In this document: positions 55,496 through 64,000 of the stretch, piece after piece
How positions within the stretch are numbered: the stretch's first letter is position 1
Layout of the letters: each line of letters starts with the position of its first letter
Translations under genes and position numbers: made by a program
Origin: the human T2T-CHM13v2.0 reference genome, Homo sapiens
Assembly (NCBI GenBank): GCA_009914755.4
Contig: CP086569.2
Location: 31,488,001-31,552,000, forward strand
Length of the DNA: 64,000 nt
Direction of reading: 5' to 3'
The notes under the pieces: model-generated
Told to the model about the DNA's origin: nothing
Seen by the model: the letters and a program-made list of their open reading frames with translations, nothing else
The model's database searches: none

Positions 55496-58400
55496 GAATG
55501 GATTCGAATGGAAGGCAAAGGAATGGAATCTATTGGAATGGACTGTAATGGAATGGAATGGAAGGGATTGGAATGGACTCGAATGGAATGGACTGCAATA
55601 GAAAGGATTCGAATGGAATGAAAAAGAATTGAATGGAATAGAACAGAATGGAATCAAATCGAATGAAATGGAATGGAATAGAAAGGAATGGAATGAAATG
55701 GAATGGAAAGGATTCGAATGGAATGCAATCGAATGGAATGGAATCGAACGGAATGGAATAAAATGGAAGAAAACTGGCAAGAAATGGAATCGAAATGAAT
55801 GGAGTGTTATGGAACGGACTCAAAAGGAATTGAATGTAATAGAATGGAGTGGAGTGGACTCGAATATAATGGACTGGAATGGAATGAAATCACATGGAAT
55901 GGGAACGAATGGAATGGAATGGAAAGGAATGGAATCGAATGGAAAGGAATCGAATGGAAGGGAATGAAATTGAATCAACAGGAATGGAAGGGAATAGAAT
56001 AGACGGTAATGGAATGGACTCGAATAGAATGGACACGAATGCTCAAATTGAATGGACTCGAATGGAATGGAAACGAAAGGAATGTCATCGAATGGAATTG
56101 AATCGATTGGAATGAAATCGCATAGAATGGAGTGGAATCAAATGGAATTGAATCGAAAGGAAAGGAAGCGAATGGACTGAAATGAAATGGAATGGAATTG
56201 AATGGAAAGTAATGCAATGGAATAGAATGGAACGAAATTTCACGGAATGGAATCAAACTGAATGGAATCAAATCAATGGAATCCAATCAAATGGAATGGA
56301 GTAGATTGGATTGGATGGGATTGGAATGAAATGTACTGGAAAGGACTCGAATTTCATGAAACGGAATGCAATGAATTGGAACGGAATGGACTCGAATGGA
56401 ATGGAATGTCATAGAATGGCATCAGATGGATTGGCATCAAATGGAATGGAATAGAATGCAATGGAATGCTATGGAATGGAATGGAATGCATTGGAATGGA
56501 ATGTCCTCTAATGGAATGGATTCGAGTGGAATGGAATCGAATATAATGGAGTCGAATGAAATGGAATTGAAAGGAATGGGATCGAATACAATGGAATATA
56601 CTGGAATGTAATGTAATGAACTCGAATGTAATTGACTGGAATGGAATGTACATGAATGGAATGTAATCGAATGGAAAGTAATCCAATGGAATAGAATCTA
56701 ATGCAATAAAATCGACTCAGATAGAGTAGAATGTAATGGAATGGAGTGCAGTGCAATGGAATGGAATGGAATGGAATGCAATGGAATGGAATGGAATGGA
56801 ATGGAATGGAATGGAATGGAATGGAATGGAATGGGATGGAATGGTATGGAATGGATAGTAATGGACTGGAGTGAAATGGACTGGAATGGAATGGACTCAA
56901 ATTGAAAGGGCTCGAAAGGAATGGAGTCAAATGGAATGGTCTGGAATGGAATGAACACGAATGTAATGCAATCCAATAGAATGGAATCGAATGGCATGGA
57001 ATATAGAGAAATGGAATCGAAGAGAATGGAAACAAATGGAATGGAATTGAATGGAATGGAATTGAATGGAATGGGAACGAATGGAGTGAAATTGTATGCA
57101 GTAGAAGGGAATAGAATGGAATGCAAGCGAAAGGAAAGGAATGGATTGGAATGGAATGGAATTCATTGGAATGGAAGGGAATGTAGTGTAATGGACAGGC
57201 CTGGAATAAAGTGGAATGCTACGGTCTCGAATGGAATAAAAATGTATGGAATGGAATGCAATGAAACGGAATCGAATGTCATAGAATGTAATGGAATGCA
57301 AAAAAATGGAATCCAAAATCATTGACTGGAAAGGCTGGGTGTCGAAAGGAATTCACTGCAATGGAATGGAATCGAATGGAATGGAAGTGAATAGAATCGA
57401 ACTAAATCGAATGGAATGGAATTGATAGGAACGGAATGGAAAGGAATGCAATGATTTGGCATGGAATGGAATCGAATGGCATCGAATGGAATGGAATGGA
57501 ATGCAATGGAATGGAATGTATTAGAATGTAATGAACATTAATGGAATGTACTCGAATGGATTCGACTGGAATGGAATGTTCTGGAAGTGAATGGACTCCA
57601 ATGGAATGGATTCGAAAGGAATGGAATCGAACGGAATGGATTCTAATGGAATCGAATTAAATGGAAATGAATCAAATTGAATAGCACGGAATTGAATTGA
57701 ATGGAATCGAATGCAATGGAATCTAATGAAACGGAAAGGAAAGAATGGAATGGAATAGAATGGGCTGGAATGGAAAGGAATCGAAACGAATGGAATGGAA
57801 TCGAACTGAAGAGACTGGAATGGAATGCACTGGAATGGAAGGGAGTGTAATGGAAGGTTCTCGAAAAAAATGGAATGGAATGGAATGCAATTGAATGGAA
57901 CGGAATAGAGTCGAATGGAATTGAATGGAATGGAATGGACTAGAGTGAAATGGAATCGAACCACAAGGAATGGACAGGAATAGAATGGTCTCGAATTGAA
58001 TGGAATCGTATGGAATGGCATCAAACGGAATGGAATGGACAGCCACGGAATGGAATGCACTCGAATGCAATGGAGTCGAAACTAATGGACTGGAATAGAA
58101 TGGACTCGACTGGTACGGACTCCAATGGAATGGAATCGAATGGAAGGGAATCGAACGGAATGGACTCGAAGGGAAAAGACTGCAATGGAAAGGTCTCGAA
58201 TGGAATGGAAATTAATGGGATGGAATGGAATCGAATGAAATGGAGTCAAAAGGAATGGAATCGAATGGTAAGAAATTGAATGTAATGGAATCGCAAGGAA
58301 TTGATGTGAACGGAACGGAATGGAATGGAATCCAAAGGAATGGAATAGAATGGAATGGAATCGAATGGAAAGGACTCGAATGGAAATCACTCGAATAGAA

Positions 58401-59041
58401 TGCAATTTAATAAAATAGGATCAAATGTAATAGAATGGAAGGGAAAGGAATCGAAACGGAAGGAATGGAGACAGATGGAATGGAATGGAAGAGAGAGCAA
58501 TAGTATAGAATGGAATGGAATCATCTGGAATGGAATTGAATGGAATGGAATAATATGAAATGGAATGGAATGGAATGGAATGGAATGCCCTTGAATTAAA
58601 TGGACTGGACTCGAACAGAGTGGAATGGAAAGTGCTGATAGAATGGAATGGACTCCTTTGGAATGGTGTAGTATGCAATGCAATCGACTGGCAGGGAATC
58701 AAAAGGAATGTAATGGAATGGATTGGACTGGAATGCAATGGACTCGAATAGATTGGAAACGGAATGCAAAGGAATGGAATGGAATAGTATGGAATGCAAT
58801 GGAAGGGAATGGAGTGGAATAGACTAGAGTGGAATGGAATGGACTGGAAAGCAATGGACTGGAATGGAACTTTCTTGGATGGATTGGAATCAAACGGAAT
58901 GGAATGCAATGCAATCAAATGGCATGGAATAAAATAGAATGAAAGAGAATCAAATGGAATTGAATCGAATGGAATCGAATGGATTGGAAAGGAATAGAAT
59001 GGAATGGAATGGAATTGACTCAAATGGAATGGACTAGAATG
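55496..59041 (+). repeat. HOR unit U16 (3546 bp), more divergent
   Basis: Anchor at 55496. Private 14-bp deletion near 56290. A further 10-bp deletion and substitutions at 58600-58640. Several private substitutions between 58250 and 58500. Confidence 0.8.
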
Positions 59042-62000
59042 GAATGGATTCGAATGGAAGGCAAAGGAATGGAATCTATTGGAATGGACTGTAATGGAAT
59101 GGAATGGAAGGGATTGGAATGGACTCGAATGGAATGGACTGCAATAGAAAGGATTCGAATGGAATGAAAAAGAATTGAATGGAATAGAACAGAATGGAAT
59201 GAAATCGAATGAAATGGAATGGAATAGAAAGGAATGGAATGAAATGGAATGGAAAGGATTCGAATGGAATGCAATCGAATGGAATGGAATCGAACGGAAT
59301 GGAATAAAATGGAAGAAAACTGGCAAGAAATGGAATCGAAATGAATGGAGTGTTATGGAACGGACTCAAAAGGAATTGAATGTAATAGAATGGAGTGGAG
59401 TGGACTCGAATATAATGGACTGGAATGGAATGAAATCACATGGAATGGGAACGAATGGAATGGAATGGAAAGGAATGGAATCGAATGGAAAGGAATCGAA
59501 TGGAAGGGAATGAAATTGAATCAACAGGAATGGAAGGGAATAGAATAGACGGTAATGGAATGGACTCGAATAGAATGGACACGAATGCTCAAATTGAATG
59601 GACTCGAATGGAATGGAAACGAAAGGAATGTCATCGAATGGAATTGAATCGATTGGAATGAAATCGCATAGAATGGAGTGGAATCAAATGGAATTGAATC
59701 GAAAGGAAAGGAAGCGAATGGACTGAAATGAAATGGAATGGAATTGAATGGAAAGTAATGCAATGGAATAGAATGGAACGAAATTTCACGGAATGGAATC
59801 AAACTGAATGGAATCAAATCAACGGAATCTAATCAAATGGAATGGAAAGGAATTGAATGGAGTAGATTGGATTGGATGGGATTGGAATGAAATGTACTGG
59901 AAAGGACTCGAATTTCATGAAACGGAATGGAATGAATTGGAACGGAATGGACTCGAATGGAATGGAATGTCATGGAATGGCATCAAATGGAATGGCATCA
60001 AATGGAATGGAATCGAATGCAATGGAATGCTATGGAATGGAATGGAATGCATTTTAATGGAATGTCCTCTAATGGAATGGATTCGAGTGGAATGGAATCG
60101 AATATAATGGAGTCGAATGAAATGGAATTGAAAGGAATGGGATTGAATACAATGGAATATACTGGAATGTAATGTAATGAACTCGAATGTAATCGACTGG
60201 AATGGAATGTACATGAATGGAATGTAATCGAATGGAAAGTAATCCAATGGAATAGAATCTAATGCAATAAAATCGACTCAGATAGAGTAGAATGTAATGG
60301 AATGGAGTGCAGTGCAATGGAATGGAATGGAATGGAAAGCAATGGAATGGAATGGAATGGAATGGAATGGAATGGGATGGAATGGTATGGAATGGATAGT
60401 AATGGACTGGAGTGAAATGGACTGGAAAAGAATGGACTCAAATTGAAAGGGCTCTAACGGAATGGAGTCAAATGGAATGGTCTGGAATGGAATGAACACG
60501 AATGTAATGCAATCCAATAGAATGGAATCGAATGGCATGGAATATAAAGAAATGGAATCGAAGAGAATGGAAACAAATGGAATGGAATTGAATGGAATGG
60601 AATTGAATGGAATGGGAACGAATGGAGTGAAATTGTATGCAGTAGAAGAGAATAGAATGGAATGCAAGCGAAATGAAAGGAATGGATTGCAATGGAATGG
60701 AATTCATTGGAATGGAAGGGAATGTAGTGTAATGGACAGGCCTGGAATAAAGTGGAATGCTACGGTCTCGAATGGAATAAAAATGTATGGAATGGAATGC
60801 AATGAAACGGAATCGAATGTCATAGAATGTAATGGAATGCAAAAAAATGGAATCCAAAATCATTGACTGGAAAGGCTGGGTGTCGAAAGGAATTGACTCC
60901 AATGGAATGGAATCGAATGGAATGGAAGTGAATAGAATCGAACTAAATCGAATGGAATGGAATTGATAGGAACGGAATGGAAAGGAATGCAATGATTTGG
61001 CATGGAATGGAATCGAATGGCATCGAATGGAATGGAATGGAATGCAATGGAATGGAATGTATTAGAATGTAATGAACATTAATGGAATGTACTCGAATGG
61101 ATTCGACTGGAATGGAATGTTCTGGAAGTGAATGGACTCCAATGGAATGGATTCGAAAGGAATGGAATCGAACGGAATGGAATCTAATGGAATGGAATTA
61201 AATGGAAATGAATCAAATTGAATAGCACGGAATTGAATTGAATGGAATCGAATGAAATGGAATCTAATGAAACGGAAAGGAAAGGAATGGAATGGAATGG
61301 AATGGGCTGGAATGGAAAGGAATCGAAACGAATGGAATGGAATCGAACTGAAGAGACTGGAATGGAATGCACTGGAATGGAAGGGATTGTAATGGAAGGT
61401 TCTCGAAAATAATGGAAGCAAATGGAATGGAATTGAATGGAACGGAATAGAGTCGAATGGAATTGAATGGAATGGAATGGACTAGAGTGAAATGGAATCG
61501 AACCACAAGGAATGGACAGGAATAGAATGGTCTCGAATTGAATGGAATCGTATGGAATGGCATCAAACGGAATGGAATGGACAGCCACGGAATGGAATGC
61601 ACTCGAATGCAATGGAGTCGAAACTTATGGACTGGAATAGAATGGACTCGACTGGTACGGACTCCAATGGAATGGAATCGAATGGAAGGGATTCGAACGG
61701 AATGGACTCGAAGGGAAAAGACTGCAATGGAAAGGTCTCGAATGGAATGGAAATTAATGGAATGGAATGGAATCGAATGAAATGGAGTCAAAAGGAATGG
61801 AATCGAATGGCAAGAAATCGAATGTAATGGAATCGCAAGGAATTGATGTGAACGGAACGGAATGGAATGGAATCCAAAGGAATGGAATAGAATGGAATGG
61901 AATCGAATGGAAAGGACTCGAATGGAAATCACTCGAATAGAATGAAATTTAATAAAATAGGATCAAATGTAATTGAATGGAATGGAAAGGAATCGAAACG

Positions 62001-62595
62001 AAAGGAATGGAGACAGATGGAATGGAATGGAACAGAGAGCAATGGTATAGAATGGAACGGAATCATCTGGAATGGAATTCAATGGAATGGAATAATATGA
62101 AATGGAATGGAATGGAATGGAATGGAATGCCCTTGAATTAAATGGACTGGAATGGAATGGACTCGAACAGAGTGGAATGGAAAGTGTTGAGATAGAATGG
62201 AATGGACTCCTTTGGAATGGTGTAGTATGCAATGCAATCGACTGGCAGGGAATCAAAAGGAATGTAATGGAATGGATTGGACTGGAATGCAATGGACTCG
62301 AATAGATTGGAAACGGAATGCAAAGGAATGGAATGGAATAGTATGGAATGGAATGGAAAGGAATGGAGTGGAATAGACTAGAGTGGAATGGAATGGACTG
62401 GAAAGCAATGGACTAGAATGGAACTTTCTTGAATGGACTGGAATCAAACGGAATGGAATGCAATGCAATCAAATGGCATGGAATAAAATAGAATGAAAGA
62501 GAATCAAATGGAATTGAATCGAATGGAATCGAATGGATTGGAAAGGAATAGAATGGAATGGAATGGAATTGACTCAAATGGAATGGACTAGAATG
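59042..62595 (+). repeat. HOR unit U17 (3554 bp)
   Basis: Anchor at 59042. Shares gaacatt and ttcgaaagg...cgaacgg variants with U16. Confidence 0.85.
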
Positions 62596-64000
62596 GAATG
62601 GATTCGAATGGAAGGCAAAGGAATGGAATCTATTGGAATGGACTGTAATGGAATGGAATGGAAGGGATTGGAATGGACTCGAATGGAATGGACTGCAATA
62701 GAAAGGATTCGAATGGAATGAAAAAGAATTGAATGGAATAGAACAGAATGGAATCAAATCGAATGAAATGGAATGGAATAGAAAGGAATGGAATGAAATG
62801 GAATGGAAAGGATTCGAATGGAATGCAATCGAATGGAATGGAATCGAACGGAATGGAATAAAATGGAAGAAAACTGGCAAGAAATGGAATCGAAATGAAT
62901 GGAGTGTTATGGAACGGACTCAAAAGGAATTGAATGTAATAGAATGGAGTGGAGTGGACTCGAATATAATGGACTGGAATGGAATGAAATCACATGGAAT
63001 GGGAACGAATGGAATGGAATGGAAAGGAATGGAATCGAATGGAAAGGAATCGAATGGAAGGGAATGAAATTGAATCAACAGGAATGGAAGGGAATAGAAT
63101 AGACGGTAATGGAATGGACTCGAATAGAATGGACACGAATGCTCAAATTGAATGGACTCGAATGGAATGGAAACGAAAGGAATGTCATCGAATGGAATTG
63201 AATCGATTGGAATGAAATCGCATAGAATGGAGTGGAATCAAATGGAATTGAATCGAAAGGAAAGGAAGCGAATGGACTGAAATGAAATGGAATGGAATTG
63301 AATGGAAAGTAATGCAATGGAATAGAATGGAACGAAATTTCACGGAATGGAATCAAACTGAATGGAATCAAATCAATGGAATCTAATCAAATGGAATGGA
63401 AAGGAATTGAATGGAGTAGATTGGATTGGATGGGATTGGAATGATATGTACTGGAAAGGACTCGAATTTCATGAAACGGAATGGAATGAATTGGAACGGA
63501 ATGGACTCGAATGGAATGGAATGTCATGGAATGGCATCAAATGGAATGGCATCAAATGGAATGGAATCGAATGCAATGGAATGTAATGGAATGGAATGGA
63601 ATGCATTGGAATGGAATGTCCTCTAATGGAATGGATTCGAGTGGAATGGAATCGAATATAATGGAGTCGAATGAAATGGAATTGAAAGGAATGGGATCGA
63701 ATACAATGCAATATACTGGAATGTAATGTAATGAACTCGAATGTAATTGACTGGAATGGAATGTACATGAATGGAATATAATCGAATGGAAAGTAATCCA
63801 ATGGAATAGAATCTAATGCAATAAAACCGACTCAGATAGAGTAGAATGTAATGGAATGGAGTGCAGTGCAATGGAATGGAATGGAATGGAATGCAATGGA
63901 ATGGAATGGAATGGAATGGAATGGAATGGAATGGAATGGAATGGGATGGAATGGGATGGAATGGATAGTAATGGACTGGAGTGAAATGGACTGGAAAGGA
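62596..64000 (+). repeat. HOR unit U18, partial (first 1405 bp; window ends)
   Basis: Anchor at 62596. Co-linear with the 5' portions of earlier units. Confidence 0.8.

Larger units (their letters stand above)
1..64000 (+). repeat. DYZ1: Tandem satellite array, (GGAAT)n-derived human satellite III with ~3.56-kb higher-order repeat; most consistent with DYZ1 (Yq12)
   Basis: The GGAAT pentamer and diverged variants (CGAAT, GCAAT, GGACT, GAAAT) run the whole length of the + strand. The anchor gaatggattcgaatggaaggcaaagg recurs at 1, 3575, 7144, 10733 and onward, a period of about 3.55-3.59 kb. There is one GGCC site per unit. Each unit holds a 154-bp interval flanked by the remembered DYZ1 primer sequences. 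No 171-bp alpha-satellite or 23-26-bp HSat2 periodicity is present. Satellite III identity: about 0.9. DYZ1 assignment specifically: about 0.7. Confidence 0.85.

Noticed and set aside
1-64000. CRISPR-like regularity (many identical short repeats)
   Set aside because: The repeats are contiguous 5-bp units with no unique spacers, no palindromic 25-40-bp repeats and no leader. This is eukaryotic satellite DNA.
1-64000. Alternative satellite classes (alpha satellite, HSat2, beta satellite)
   Set aside because: There is no 171-bp or 68-bp periodicity, and none of the HSat2 CATTCGATTCCATTCGATGAT-type 23-26-bp motif. The sequence is GGAAT-dominated with a 3.56-kb HOR, which is satellite III.

Overview
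The whole 64-kb window is one uninterrupted tandem satellite array. Its + strand is built from the pentamer GGAAT (ATTCC on the - strand), so this is human satellite III-type DNA. It is organised as a higher-order repeat (HOR) of about 3.56 kb. Using the anchor motif gaatggattcgaatggaaggcaaagg, I count 19 unit copies, all in the same orientation. There are 17 full-length units (3529-3589 bp), one unit with a 1.49-kb internal deletion (32079-34156), and one partial unit at the 3' end. Three observations point to the DYZ1 array of human Yq12. The unit length is about 3.56 kb. Each unit has a single HaeIII (GGCC) site. Each unit also contains a 154-bp interval bounded by sequences that match, from memory, the classic male-specific PCR primer pair. 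The window contains no protein-coding genes, RNA genes, transposons, CRISPR arrays or recognisable promoters or terminators. Every ORF in the six-frame track is an artefact of a period-5 repeat that rarely produces stop codons. The translations are low-complexity strings (MEWNG... on the + strand, IPFHS... on the - strand). I find no evidence of a novel biological system. The interesting content is the variant structure of the array itself: a recombination-type deletion, an allelic indel series, two hypervariable (GGAAT)n tracts, locally homogenised blocks, and a 3' shift in variant haplotype. I could only eyeball sequence identity, so identity percentages are not computed.
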